The notes below the pieces were generated by a model. That model searched no databases and was not told the DNA's origin. It was given only the letters and a program-made list of their open reading frames with translations. The translations under genes were made by a program, and so were the position numbers. Below are positions 1-9,988 of a stretch of 52,631 bases of DNA, piece after piece. Position 1 is the first letter of the stretch; each line of letters starts with the position of its first letter. Source of the DNA: an uncultured Lachnospiraceae bacterium (GTDB taxonomy: Bacteria; Bacillota; Clostridia; Lachnospirales; Lachnospiraceae); NCBI GenBank assembly GCA_947385785.1, contig CANDMH010000001.1, forward strand, positions 1 through 52,631, read 5' to 3'.

Positions 1-200
1 CTCTCGTGCGCCTTCGCGACTTTACTAATTGAGTCGCTGCGCGACGGCTCTAAAGGGTAAAGTCTCTTCGGCGCACACTTATGAGAGAAACTCTCATTCG
101 TAAAGTGCACTCATGACAGTTCCTCTCGTGCGCCTTCGCGACTTTACTAATTGAGTCGCTGCGCGACGGCTCTAAAGTATAAAGTCACTTCGACGCACAC
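1..200. repeat. Structured palindromic repeat, tandem copies with 122-bp period (REP-like); runs off the left edge of the window
   Basis: 1..78 is near-identical to 123..200. Nested inverted repeats (GACTTTA/TAAAGTC, GAGTCG/CGACGGCTC) and an ATGAGAG-AAA-CTCTCAT hairpin lie in or between the copies. Confidence 0.85.
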
Positions 201-475
201 GCAATCGCTTCTTCCACTCTCTCCAGAATCTCTTCGTAGCCTCCCAGCATGGCAACACGCAGTCTGTCGGCGCCTTCCAGTCCCTTGATCATATAATAGT
301 TCTGTTCGATCCGGTAAAAGGGCTGTTTCAGCATTTCCAGATAGGTCAGGTCTCCCAGCTTTCCCAGCCTTAAAATCGTGTCCCTGTCCATCTGTCCGTC
401 CAGAATCAGGTCATATGCCTGCCATCCGGATTCCGTGCACAGTTCTATGGATTCTCTTCTGTCTGTTACTCTCAA
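185..475 (-). CDS. Small hypothetical protein (96 aa)
   Basis: TTG start preceded by a GGAGGT RBS; natural-looking composition; downstream of and co-oriented with the desulfurase gene. Confidence 0.7.
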   Translation of the reverse strand: MRVTDRRESIELCTESGWQAYDLILDGQMDRDTILRLGKLGDLTYLEMLKQPFYRIEQNYYMIKGLEGADRLRVAMLGGYEEILERVEEAIACASK

Positions 476-539
476 ATCAAACCTCCCCGGCCCGGCAGAA
501 CTGAACAGGCATTTCCGGCATGCCCTGGAAAAAAACGGC

Positions 540-1691
540 TCATCTGCCGTTTCCGGCTCTTCCCGTCAATTCCGCCATGGCCTCCACCAGCGCCTGGACC
601 TCCTCTGTCTTCGTCATAAATGAGATGCTCACGCGCACCGTTCCTTCCTTTTCCGTCCCCAGATACCGGTGGAGCAGCGGCGCGCAGTGCAGCCCTGTCC
701 GCACCTGGATGCCGTAAGTCCCGGCCAGAATATATCCGATATCCGACGGGGATAAGCCGGGAACCGTAAAGCTTATGGCTGTTCCGTCGGGCTGTCTGTC
801 CCCGCACAGTACTACGCCGGGATTTTCCCGCAGCCCCTCGTACAGAATACGCATCATATCACGCTCATGGGCCATAATTTTCTCCAGCCCCGTCTCCAGC
901 ACATATTCCACCCCTGCATTCAGTCCGGCGATTCCCGGCGTATTCATGGTACCCACTTCATAAAAAGGCTCCTTCGCCGCCAGAATCCGGCTGTCCTTTC
1001 CCGTGCCGCCGAAAAGCAGCGGGCGCAGAGGGATTCCCTCTCTCACGTACAGACCGCCTGTGCCCTGGATACCGTAGAGCCCTTTGTGCCCGGTAAATGC
1101 AAGCATATCTATGTTCATGGCTTCCACATCCACCGGCAGCGCCCCCGCGGACTGGGAGACATCGGCCAGAAAGCAGGCGCCCTTTTCCCTGGCCCAGCTT
1201 CCTATCCGCCGCATATCCTGCACGGCGCCGGTCACGTTGGAGCTGTGGTTGACGACCACCAGGCCGGTATCCCCGGTAATGGCTCTCTCCATGGCTTCCA
1301 TGTCCACATAACCGCCCCTGTCGCAGCCAACCTTCACCGGAAGAATCCGTCCTGCCGCGATTTCCTCTTTCAAGCCGTCAAATATTGTACGCAAAACCGA
1401 ATTGTGCTCCGAGACCGTGTATACAATCCGTTTCCGGGGACTGCGAAAGCCCAGAATCGCCATATTCAGCGCCTGGGTGGAGCCGCCTGTGAAGTAAATT
1501 CTCTCCGGGTTTCCTATGTGAAAGAGCCGTGCCAGGTTTTCCCGGCACAGCTTTATCCCGTCTTCCCTGTATTCCCCGGCAGACACGCCGCGGTACTGGG
1601 ACCAGGGCGCGCTCTCCAGCGTATATGCCACAGCCTCCAGCACCCCGGGCGGCTTCGGGTATGTTGTCGCCGCATGATTCAAATATATCAT
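540..1691 (-). CDS. Aminotransferase class V / cysteine desulfurase family PLP enzyme
   Basis: MIYLNHAATT N-terminal motif, EHNS, D-x-S-Q, PLP lysine motif FTGHKGLYG, catalytic Cys in RTGLHCAP, and VRVSIS. Confidence 0.9.
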   Translation of the reverse strand: MIYLNHAATTYPKPPGVLEAVAYTLESAPWSQYRGVSAGEYREDGIKLCRENLARLFHIGNPERIYFTGGSTQALNMAILGFRSPRKRIVYTVSEHNSVLRTIFDGLKEEIAAGRILPVKVGCDRGGYVDMEAMERAITGDTGLVVVNHSSNVTGAVQDMRRIGSWAREKGACFLADVSQSAGALPVDVEAMNIDMLAFTGHKGLYGIQGTGGLYVREGIPLRPLLFGGTGKDSRILAAKEPFYEVGTMNTPGIAGLNAGVEYVLETGLEKIMAHERDMMRILYEGLRENPGVVLCGDRQPDGTAISFTVPGLSPSDIGYILAGTYGIQVRTGLHCAPLLHRYLGTEKEGTVRVSISFMTKTEEVQALVEAMAELTGRAGNGR

Positions 1692-1701
1692 GGATACCCT
1701 T

Positions 1702-3069
1702 TTATCCTTCCACAACCTCGAATCCCATATATCCCGCTATCTTCTTCACCAGTGTCAGCTGATCTCCGAATACCAGCACCTGATGGTGTCCGAAATCCGC
1801 CAGGGTATGCATATAATCCCTGCCGTTTTCCAGCCTGATAAAGTAATGGGGGCTGCAGTAATACTGCCGAAACTCGGAACGCACCACCTCACCTACCTTC
1901 ACCACCATTCTGTTGCCCATGGGATTGAAACGCCCGAATGTAATAAACTGCTCATCGTTCTGTTCAAAGGCAATCTGCATCTTGCCGCCGAAGCCCTGGC
2001 CGGTAAATGCCCACATGCTGTAGTCAAGATCGGGCTTGTCGAAGCCGTTCATTTTCAGCGCGGGCACCGCATGGTGAATGGACAGAATCTCCGGGGACTG
2101 CAGGAAGGGATTGCCCATGAAGGCCGCCTTATGGCTGCCGTACATCAGCACCATCATGGCCATCATGGCGTTTAAGTCTTCCTCGCAGGCGGAAGGGATG
2201 CCCTCCGATTTCAACAGGGAATGGCATACGCAGGGCGTGAATTTCCTCTCCTGGGGAATCCTGGAGGCGCACAGCTCAATGCAGGCGGTGGAGAAAGCAT
2301 TGCAGCCGTAGAACTCCATCATGGCCCTGGCCGCCAGGTAATATTTTGCATCATTTACCAGCCATTCCGGGTTCACCTTCGTATCCTTCGAACCGGCCAG
2401 CAGCTTCTCAGCAATCTGCTTCGCCTCCCCTTCGTCCACTCTGTCCATGTACGGAAAGATATCCTTGAAGGGAAGCTTGAGCACTTCGAAGCCGTACTGC
2501 TTTCTCAGATACTCCACATCCCTGATATTGGACTGGATGCCATACGTGGGCACCTGTCCCGAAGTCAGTATCAATGCCTTCGTATTGGCGATGCACTTCC
2601 TGACCCAGAGACCGTGGAGAATGTCGTTTAAGTCCTCCATGTCAATGGCATTGTAGGCTTCCACGCCGATGCTCCGGTTATAAGCGCACAGATCCGCGCC
2701 CTCGTTGCCGTTGGAAAATACGATTGTGGTCTTGCGGTACTTCTCCAGTTTGGGGATACGGTAGCAGAAGATGACAAAGGCATCCACCTGATCCAGGCCT
2801 TCCTCGATTTTGTCCCAGATTTCCTGCGGTACGGTCAGGTTCTCTATGTATGGAACCGCAATGGGCTCCATCACATTTACCTCGGGAATAATCTCCTTCC
2901 CCTTCTGCGCAATGTCCTTCATATAATCTGCAGCCCATTCCTTCTCTGCCTCCGGCTGCAGGTTCTCGAATTTGCCGGCCCGGCAGGGTCCCTCCCAGAA
3001 AGCGGAATGCTGCAGAAATCCCACCAGGGGACGGATATTTAACTTTTTCTTCATTGCTGATTCAACCAT
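1702..3069 (-). CDS. L-fucose/L-arabinose isomerase-like (FucI/AraA superfamily) sugar isomerase
   Basis: PSACEEDLNA metal-binding motif and C-terminal GHHQVLVFGD motif; GGAGGAG RBS. Confidence 0.7.
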   Translation of the reverse strand: MVESAMKKKLNIRPLVGFLQHSAFWEGPCRAGKFENLQPEAEKEWAADYMKDIAQKGKEIIPEVNVMEPIAVPYIENLTVPQEIWDKIEEGLDQVDAFVIFCYRIPKLEKYRKTTIVFSNGNEGADLCAYNRSIGVEAYNAIDMEDLNDILHGLWVRKCIANTKALILTSGQVPTYGIQSNIRDVEYLRKQYGFEVLKLPFKDIFPYMDRVDEGEAKQIAEKLLAGSKDTKVNPEWLVNDAKYYLAARAMMEFYGCNAFSTACIELCASRIPQERKFTPCVCHSLLKSEGIPSACEEDLNAMMAMMVLMYGSHKAAFMGNPFLQSPEILSIHHAVPALKMNGFDKPDLDYSMWAFTGQGFGGKMQIAFEQNDEQFITFGRFNPMGNRMVVKVGEVVRSEFRQYYCSPHYFIRLENGRDYMHTLADFGHHQVLVFGDQLTLVKKIAGYMGFEVVEG

Positions 3070-3140
3070 TTTATCTCCTCCATATGAAACGGAATCCTTC
3101 GCCGCCCTCCCGCGGCAGGCTTATCGGCTTCGGGGTATTA

Positions 3141-3166
3141 ATCAGTTATTTGTAGACAATTCCTTA
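3141..3166. repeat. Family-2 dispersed repeat arm (ATCAGTTATT..GACAATTCCTTA)
   Basis: Matches the arms at 18688, 28291 and ~31160, and the reverse complement at 18538, ~31082 and ~39514. Confidence 0.65.
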
Positions 3167-3245
3167 CCACCCCTGGCCAGGTTACTGATTTTATTATAGC
3201 GGGAACGGTTTCCCCGGTAAATTGAATAAATTACAAAAAAGGGTA

Positions 3246-4904
3246 CTATTTCAATACGCCGCCCGCTTCCAGTTCCGCCGCCCGTTCCAGCGCCCGGCTC
3301 CAGGCTTCCTCATAGAAAACGGCAATTCTGTCCATCCCGGCCGTCTGTGCCGAGGCAGCCAGCGCCTGCCAGATTTCCTCAAATTCCACCTCATCCTCCG
3401 CATAAATCATATTCCAGAAATCCCTGTACACCAGCTTCTCGATTTCGTCCGATATGCCGATTAATTCCGGCGGCAGGGTATCCGTCATATACACCGCCGT
3501 GGAAGCCCTGACCGTGTCCCAGTCCTCCCGGCCATCTCCGCCCTCCTCCCGCGTCTCCTTCTGCCAGTAGCGGCTGCTGAACGCATGGCCCTGCTCTGTC
3601 AGCGAGGCGGGTGTTCTGCCCAATACGCCGAAGGGCCTGATTCCTTCCTGAAGGCTTCCCTGAAGGCCCGGCAGTTCAAGAGTCCCCTCCTCCAGGATTT
3701 CCGCGCCCTGCCCCGTCACATAAGGAACCTGTCCCTCTCCGTATTCCCACGCAACCCCCTCCGGGCCGTTATAAAGGCGTACCTCCGTCTCTTCCCTGTA
3801 CAGCCAGTCAAGCAGCCTTACCGCATCCTCCGCCCGCTCGGAATTCTTATTCACTGCCAGACATTCCCCGGTTCCCACCACATGGTCCGGCTCCAGATAC
3901 AGAACCATATCCTCCGCCGGAAGCGGCACATAGGCGCTTTCTTCCGCTCCCTGCAGCGAATCGTCCATTCCTGCCATCTCCAGATCCGCGGCAAAAAGAA
4001 CCCGTCCGGAATTCATTTTCCGCTCCACATTTCCGGCTGTCTGGTTCGGAGAATCGGGGTCCAGCAGTCCCTGCCTGTTTGCCTCGTAATAGAAACGCAC
4101 CGCCCTTTTAAAAAAACTGTTCTCCTCCAGAATGGAACAGATCTCCCCGGTTGCCATATTGACCTCCATCAGAGGGGAGACAATCCCCATATCGATACCA
4201 TACATATAGGCCAGGGAAGCGGCATGTCCGGGCATTTTCCCGTCTCCCTGCCAGAGGCAGATTCCATACATGCTCTCCCCCACATCGCTGGTGGGCTTGG
4301 CTCTTTTCAGTTGTTTTATTACTTCAATGTAGTCTTCCAGGGTGGACACCCGGGGACTTCCCGCTCTCTCCCAGGCGCTCTTCAGGAGCATGGGCATGGA
4401 ATGGTATTCCCGCTCTCCCACCTTTCCCACAGACAGCGGCGCCAGGAGCAGATCTTCCCCGCCGCAGGCAGCCACAGACCATTCCAGAGCCGCCTGATAG
4501 GCCTCCCCTTCAAACAGCGCCGGAAGCTGCTCCCTGTATTCGTTCAGGGGAAGCAGCATCCCCGCGTCAATATACAGCTGTGCCTGCTCCCTGTCGGAAA
4601 ATCCGATGATATCGGGAACGGTTCCCGATGACAGACGCAATTTCAGTTCTTCCCCCTTCTGCCCGTCCGCAGAAAGGGACTCCAGAACCAGCCCCGTGTC
4701 TTCATAGAGAAGAGCGGCGCCCCATCCCTTCCACACGGAAGCCGGGCTGCCCGACTGCTGGATATACGAGGTGATTATGGTTCCCTTTACCACATCCTCC
4801 GTGCTCTGAGGGCTTACCGTGCTGTCTTCCCTTCCGTCGGTGCATCCGGCGAAGCATATCAGGCACAATAACAGTAAAACGGCCTCTGTTACCTTTTTTC
4901 TCAT
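3246..4904 (-). CDS. Carbohydrate ABC transporter substrate-binding lipoprotein
   Basis: Lipoprotein signal MRKK...FAGC; LDPDS and GPEGVAW motifs of LplA-like binding proteins; GGAGGAG RBS. Confidence 0.85.
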   Translation of the reverse strand: MRKKVTEAVLLLLCLICFAGCTDGREDSTVSPQSTEDVVKGTIITSYIQQSGSPASVWKGWGAALLYEDTGLVLESLSADGQKGEELKLRLSSGTVPDIIGFSDREQAQLYIDAGMLLPLNEYREQLPALFEGEAYQAALEWSVAACGGEDLLLAPLSVGKVGEREYHSMPMLLKSAWERAGSPRVSTLEDYIEVIKQLKRAKPTSDVGESMYGICLWQGDGKMPGHAASLAYMYGIDMGIVSPLMEVNMATGEICSILEENSFFKRAVRFYYEANRQGLLDPDSPNQTAGNVERKMNSGRVLFAADLEMAGMDDSLQGAEESAYVPLPAEDMVLYLEPDHVVGTGECLAVNKNSERAEDAVRLLDWLYREETEVRLYNGPEGVAWEYGEGQVPYVTGQGAEILEEGTLELPGLQGSLQEGIRPFGVLGRTPASLTEQGHAFSSRYWQKETREEGGDGREDWDTVRASTAVYMTDTLPPELIGISDEIEKLVYRDFWNMIYAEDEVEFEEIWQALAASAQTAGMDRIAVFYEEAWSRALERAAELEAGGVLK

Positions 4905-5123
4905 GTTCTCCTCCCTGTTCCGCAAACACTTCCCTGGGTTCGCGAAGCGGTCCCTGTAATTTGCAGACATTTCCTTATGAGTTACTGTTTACGGCTTTGC
5001 CGTTTACAGCAACATGATGCACACATACAATAATTTTCTTCTGCCTCTTGCTTTCTGATAGAATAACGTATAAACTGGACTCAGATTTCAATGCCCGCCG
5101 AAACGGGCAGGGGGTATAAAATT

Positions 5124-6974
5124 ATGATACACAAACTAATGCAAAGCTACTATGCCAAAATGTCGCTGGCCTGCATCTGTATCGTCAGTATTGTCACAGG
5201 CGTATTCTCTTATATGTGCTACGGGCTGATTTCCCGTCAGAATGTTTCGGAACACTTAAACAACTACAATATACTGGCCAATAACCAGTCTGCGGCTCTC
5301 TCCTCCCGGCTGGCATCCTTTTCTGATTTTTTCTACCCGGTATTCAATGATCCGGAAGCTTATGAAGCGCTGTGTGAACTCTATCTGTCCCCTAACGGCA
5401 GCCTGCCCAATGAGACCACGGATATCCTGCTGAATACCATGAACGCCCTGTGTGCCTCGGATCCATACTGCTGCGGTATGCTGCTGCTGACCAGAACGGG
5501 ACGCCTCTACCAGTATGATACCAAATATGTGTCACTGATACCGCTGAATTTTGTAAGGACAACCTTCCGTTTCACCCCTTATCAGCTCCAGATCATCACG
5601 GATTCCCAGATCTCCGAGCTGTCCAGCGATCTGGAGCTGCCCGCCTCCCATGTATACGGCTTAAGCGGCACACTGTTCCGGTACAGGACCAACCGACTGG
5701 AGAATCTGGGCTATATGATCGCTCTGTATTCCACGGAGGAATTCAGTAACATCCTGACTTCCTCCGGCCTGGAAAACACGGCGGAATTCACCATTGCCGA
5801 CACATCCTTCTCCGTCATCTATTCCTCCGGAGGCAGCTACTCTTCCGGAGAACTGGAAAACCTGCTTGCCCAGCCTGTGCGGGACACAGTGGGCAATGCC
5901 AGGCTTATTTCCGCTGCGGGAGATGAGTACTACATTTCATCTCTCTACCAGAACAGCTACGGTTATTATACCGCTTACGTCCTTCCCGCGGAAAACATTC
6001 CCGCCTCCACGGCCCAGACACTCCTGCTTCTGATCAGTCTGCTGCTGCCGCTGGGCTGCATCCTCCTGTACAGTACAGTATTCCGCTCTTCCGGCAGAAA
6101 AGTCAGGAATATCTTAAATTCCATGGAAATCGTGGGACGCAATAATCTATCCTACCGCATGGCCGTGCCCAAAGGCAATGACGAATTTGCCAGCATCACC
6201 CACAGCTTCAACCACATGTGCGATGAACTGCAGAAAAACGTGGAGAATGTGTATCTCTTCGAAATCTCCCAGCGCAAATCCGAGCTCTATGCCATGCAGA
6301 CCAGCATCAACCCGCATTTCCTCTACAATGCCCTGGAGCAGATCCGGGTACTGGCCCTGAACGGCGACGGAAATAAGGCGGCGCATATGCTGCTGCTTTT
6401 ATCGAAAATGTACCGTTACCAGACCAGGCGCAACCTCTTTATCTCCATTGCGGAGGAATGCGCCCAGACGGAAAACCTCATCAACCTCTATTCCTGCCGC
6501 ATCAGCGACTGCGAATATGAAATCCATGCAGACGCCGGCGCCAAGAAATACGGCATTCCCAAAAACCTCCTTCAGCCCCTGGTGGAGAACAGCTTTGTCC
6601 ATGGCTTTTCCCCTGAACAGGAAAACGCTTTCCTCTCCGTCTCCGCCGTCTTTCCGGAAGGAGCGGAAAAAATCCGTTTTACCATTGAAGACAACGGGCG
6701 TTCCGCCACGGAAGAGAATCTGGAGCAGCTCCGGGAAAAGCTCCGCCAGCCTGTGATGAACCGGGATGAGGAGAACGGCTTTGCCCTGTCCAATGTGAAC
6801 AACCGGCTGAAGCTGGTATTCGGGGAGAGCGCCTGTCTGGAGCTTTGCACAGGAGAGGACGGCTCCGGATTCCGGGTATCCTTCTCCATTCCCCCCGTTC
6901 TGCCCGAAGATCTGGCCGCTTCCTACTCCGGCACTGCATCCGGAGCGAATTTGTCCTACGGGGAACATTCCTGA
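5124..6974 (+). CDS. YesM-type sensor histidine kinase (HAMP, His_kinase, HATPase)
   Basis: Two TM segments, HAMP (DEFASITHSFNHM), INPHFLYNALE, LQPLVENSFVHG, IEDNG, LSNVNNRLKL. Confidence 0.93.
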   Translation: MIHKLMQSYYAKMSLACICIVSIVTGVFSYMCYGLISRQNVSEHLNNYNILANNQSAALSSRLASFSDFFYPVFNDPEAYEALCELYLSPNGSLPNETTDILLNTMNALCASDPYCCGMLLLTRTGRLYQYDTKYVSLIPLNFVRTTFRFTPYQLQIITDSQISELSSDLELPASHVYGLSGTLFRYRTNRLENLGYMIALYSTEEFSNILTSSGLENTAEFTIADTSFSVIYSSGGSYSSGELENLLAQPVRDTVGNARLISAAGDEYYISSLYQNSYGYYTAYVLPAENIPASTAQTLLLLISLLLPLGCILLYSTVFRSSGRKVRNILNSMEIVGRNNLSYRMAVPKGNDEFASITHSFNHMCDELQKNVENVYLFEISQRKSELYAMQTSINPHFLYNALEQIRVLALNGDGNKAAHMLLLLSKMYRYQTRRNLFISIAEECAQTENLINLYSCRISDCEYEIHADAGAKKYGIPKNLLQPLVENSFVHGFSPEQENAFLSVSAVFPEGAEKIRFTIEDNGRSATEENLEQLREKLRQPVMNRDEENGFALSNVNNRLKLVFGESACLELCTGEDGSGFRVSFSIPPVLPEDLAASYSGTASGANLSYGEHS

Positions 6975-7083
6975 CAGCATCCGCAGATTTCCCAGGAGAT
7001 CCACGGTTCTCCACAGTGCGTTCCCTGACGGTTCCTGTGGATTTCCCCAGGGATCCCAGGTTCTCCACTGCGCATTCCCGACA
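6967..7083. repeat. Degenerate ~54-bp tandem duplication downstream of the kinase
   Basis: GATTTCCC..GATCC..GGTTCTCCAC occurs twice, about 54 bp apart. Confidence 0.55.
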
Positions 7084-7121
7084 TTTTCTGCGGCCGCCGC
7101 CCGAGTACATCTCCGGCGAAC

Positions 7122-7144
7122 AAAGGGGGAACCGCCTCCCTTTT
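7122..7144. terminator. Possible bidirectional intrinsic terminator between convergent genes
   Basis: AAAGGGGG-aaccg-CCTCCCTTTT hairpin with A/T tails. Confidence 0.45.
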
Positions 7145-7177
7145 ACGGAAATACGGTTCCCCCATGAATGCCGTGGC

Positions 7178-8884
7178 TTAATTGCCTGCGGACGCTTTGA
7201 ATTCTGCCTGGATTGCCTTGTATTCATCGGAATTTACGATTCCGTCCACAAAGGTCTTCCATTCGGTCTCGCCTATCTGTCCCATTACATACTGGGTGCA
7301 CATGGTGTTCACGTCATCCGTCAGCATGGTCCACTGATTGTTATAGGTCTCGGACTGCAGATTGGTGATCTCATTCTTCAGCCCTGACTCCTCCATGTAG
7401 TTTACAATAAAGGTCTTCACTTCCTGTACTCTCTCAATAGACTCGTCGGAAGCTCTCTTGGCACCGTCTCTCATAAACTTATCGGTAACCTGATCCACAT
7501 CCTTCTTCAGGAAAATCTGATTCCACGCGCCTACATAGCCTGCGGTACGCTTCTCTCCCATACCTTCCGCGGAGGTGTCCCTGGTGCCGTCCTCCAGCAA
7601 TGTGTAGTGAACTCCCTCCACACCGTCTTTCATCAAAGTATCATATCCGGGATATGCTTCTTCCGTTCCGTTGAACACCTCCAGAATCTTCTGAATCTTC
7701 TCCTCTGAGCAGGCGGAGCTGATTGCGATACAGGAATCAATATCCGTAGCGTTGGGAGTAACCGCATAACCTTCCGGTCCCTGTACAGGCATCAGCTCCC
7801 AGGCCTCGTAAGTGTCGGGTGTGCTCTTGTCAAAGATCTTGTTGCTGGTCAGGTCCGCTGACTGGTTGAAATTATACCAGGCGTTCAGGAAGGTCACGGA
7901 ATTGCCTGCCTTGAATTTGCTGGTGGTGTCATTGCCCAGTGCGAATTCAGGATCAATTGCCTCCGCATCATACAGATCCTTCATCCAGTTCAGAAAATCG
8001 ATATATTTGGGATGAAACTGTATATACTGAAACTCGCCGTTCTCATCGATGCCCCAGTCAGTCTGGCCCGTGAAAGCAGTGGCATATGCCTTCACCTTCG
8101 CATGCATAAAATCCTCACCCCAGAATTCGATGCCGTACACCTTCTGGCCTTCACCCTCGGTAGCGGCTTTGGACAGGCCGATAATCCATTCCTTCAGCTC
8201 GTCCATGGTCTTCGGCTCTTCTTCAAATCCGTACTTCTTCATCAGATCCCGGCGCACCATGATGCCGGATTCCTTTGCAAGCTCGGAATTGCTTCTGGGC
8301 AGGATGTAGATACCGCCGTTGAAGGTCGCCTGATCCCAGAAGGACTGGGGCCAGTTCTTCATGACCGCATTGGTCTTTGCCAGCGCATTGTCCCCCTCGA
8401 AAATATAAGGCGTCATATCCACAAAATTTCCCGCATCAATCGCCTGGGTAAAGATGGGATAATAGAAGGTATTGTTGGTGGACATAATCTGGGTTACGTC
8501 CGGCTGGCTGTTGGACGCAATCAGCGTATTCAGCTTCTGGGGATAGTCATTGTAATTCACCCACTCAATCTCCAGATTTACGTCGAACATATCCTCCCAG
8601 TACTGCTCCATCTCGCTGTCGGGAGAAGGACCGTATCCCCAGTCGATTCCCAGCACACTGATGGTCATCCTCTCACCGCCCGACGCCTGTGCGCCCCCGC
8701 TCTCTTCAGAGGACTCTTCCTGGCTCTCCTCGGATGACTGCTCCGCGGAAGACTGTTCTTCCCCGGACTCCTGGGAGCCGCTGCCGCCGGTCTGCTGGCT
8801 TTCCCCTGAATCTCCGCATCCGCTCAGTGTTCCTGCCACCATAACCGCTGTCAGTATCAGCGCAGGTACTTTCTTCTTTTTCAT
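7178..8884 (-). CDS. LplA/YtcQ-like extracellular solute-binding lipoprotein
   Basis: Signal peptide with LSGC lipobox, S/E/Q-rich linker, KLNTLIAS, IDPEF and GVEGVHY motifs. Confidence 0.92.
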   Translation of the reverse strand: MKKKKVPALILTAVMVAGTLSGCGDSGESQQTGGSGSQESGEEQSSAEQSSEESQEESSEESGGAQASGGERMTISVLGIDWGYGPSPDSEMEQYWEDMFDVNLEIEWVNYNDYPQKLNTLIASNSQPDVTQIMSTNNTFYYPIFTQAIDAGNFVDMTPYIFEGDNALAKTNAVMKNWPQSFWDQATFNGGIYILPRSNSELAKESGIMVRRDLMKKYGFEEEPKTMDELKEWIIGLSKAATEGEGQKVYGIEFWGEDFMHAKVKAYATAFTGQTDWGIDENGEFQYIQFHPKYIDFLNWMKDLYDAEAIDPEFALGNDTTSKFKAGNSVTFLNAWYNFNQSADLTSNKIFDKSTPDTYEAWELMPVQGPEGYAVTPNATDIDSCIAISSACSEEKIQKILEVFNGTEEAYPGYDTLMKDGVEGVHYTLLEDGTRDTSAEGMGEKRTAGYVGAWNQIFLKKDVDQVTDKFMRDGAKRASDESIERVQEVKTFIVNYMEESGLKNEITNLQSETYNNQWTMLTDDVNTMCTQYVMGQIGETEWKTFVDGIVNSDEYKAIQAEFKASAGN

Positions 8885-9014
8885 TTCTTTTCCTCCTGTT
8901 TCTTCATATTACGGAGCTGTCTTGAATCCATTTCCCGGCAGCCCCTGTTTCCTTGTTACTATGGAAATGTTTCGAAACAACTTGTGAACAAGCCTTCCGC
9001 ACAATTCCTATGCG

Positions 9015-9908
9015 TTAACCCTTCACCGCGCCTACCATCATTCCCGAAGCAAAATACTTCTGCAGGAACGGGTACACCACCAGTACAGGGAGAACTACCA
9101 CTACCACCGCGGCCATACGCATAACCTCCTGCGGCACTGTCTTGGCCAGCTCCAGCTGCAGGTCCACCACATCGGAAATGGTGGATGATAAAACGATTTT
9201 CTGTACATAAACCTGAAGCGGCGCTTTTGCCGTGGAGGTCAGATACATTACCGCGCTGAAATAAGTATTCCAATAGCTCACGAAGGCAAACAGCGTCATA
9301 CTGGCCAGCATTGCCTTGGACAGGGGCAGTACGATGATGCCGAACATCTTCAGCTGTCCGCAGCCGTCTATCTCGGCCGCCTCCTCCAGTTCCAGGGGCA
9401 GAGACTGGAAGAAGGACCTCATAACCATAACCGTCCATGCGCCGCACACCGAGGGAAGAATACAGGCGAAGTAACTGTCCATAAGCCCCAGGGCCTTCAT
9501 ATTCATGAAATTGGGAATCATACCTGCCCCGAACAGCATGGTAATCATCACGTATTTATTGAAAAATTTCCTGCCCGGTACCGGCTTGGAGAGCAGATAC
9601 GCCAATCCGGCACACACCAGTACGTTCAGCGGCGTACCTATCAAAGTAATAAAAAGAGTGGATTTCAGGGCATTTAAAAATCCCGCGCCGCTCAATATCA
9701 GCTGATACGCTTCCGTGGACCATTTTTTCGGCCACAGATAGAAGCTTCCGGCCACATAAACCGAACTGTCCGTAAAGGACACCATAATCACATACAGGAA
9801 CGGCAGCACCATCGTACCCGCTATTATCAGAAGGACAATCCACAGAACGACCTGATAAATATTTTCCTTCATTTTCATTCCCATTTTCCCTGCTTTTTCC
9901 CTTGCCAT
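9015..9908 (-). CDS. Carbohydrate ABC permease (LplC/YtcP-like)
   Basis: EAA loop LEEAAEIDG and C-terminal YPFLQKYFASGMMVGAVKG. Confidence 0.95.
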   Translation of the reverse strand: MAREKAGKMGMKMKENIYQVVLWIVLLIIAGTMVLPFLYVIMVSFTDSSVYVAGSFYLWPKKWSTEAYQLILSGAGFLNALKSTLFITLIGTPLNVLVCAGLAYLLSKPVPGRKFFNKYVMITMLFGAGMIPNFMNMKALGLMDSYFACILPSVCGAWTVMVMRSFFQSLPLELEEAAEIDGCGQLKMFGIIVLPLSKAMLASMTLFAFVSYWNTYFSAVMYLTSTAKAPLQVYVQKIVLSSTISDVVDLQLELAKTVPQEVMRMAAVVVVVLPVLVVYPFLQKYFASGMMVGAVKG

Positions 9909-9988
9909 ATTTCCTCACTTTCCCTGTTCATGTCACAGCCCGGAAACTGTACCCGTGACTTTGTTGTTCTGTCCTTTGGTATTTGATG

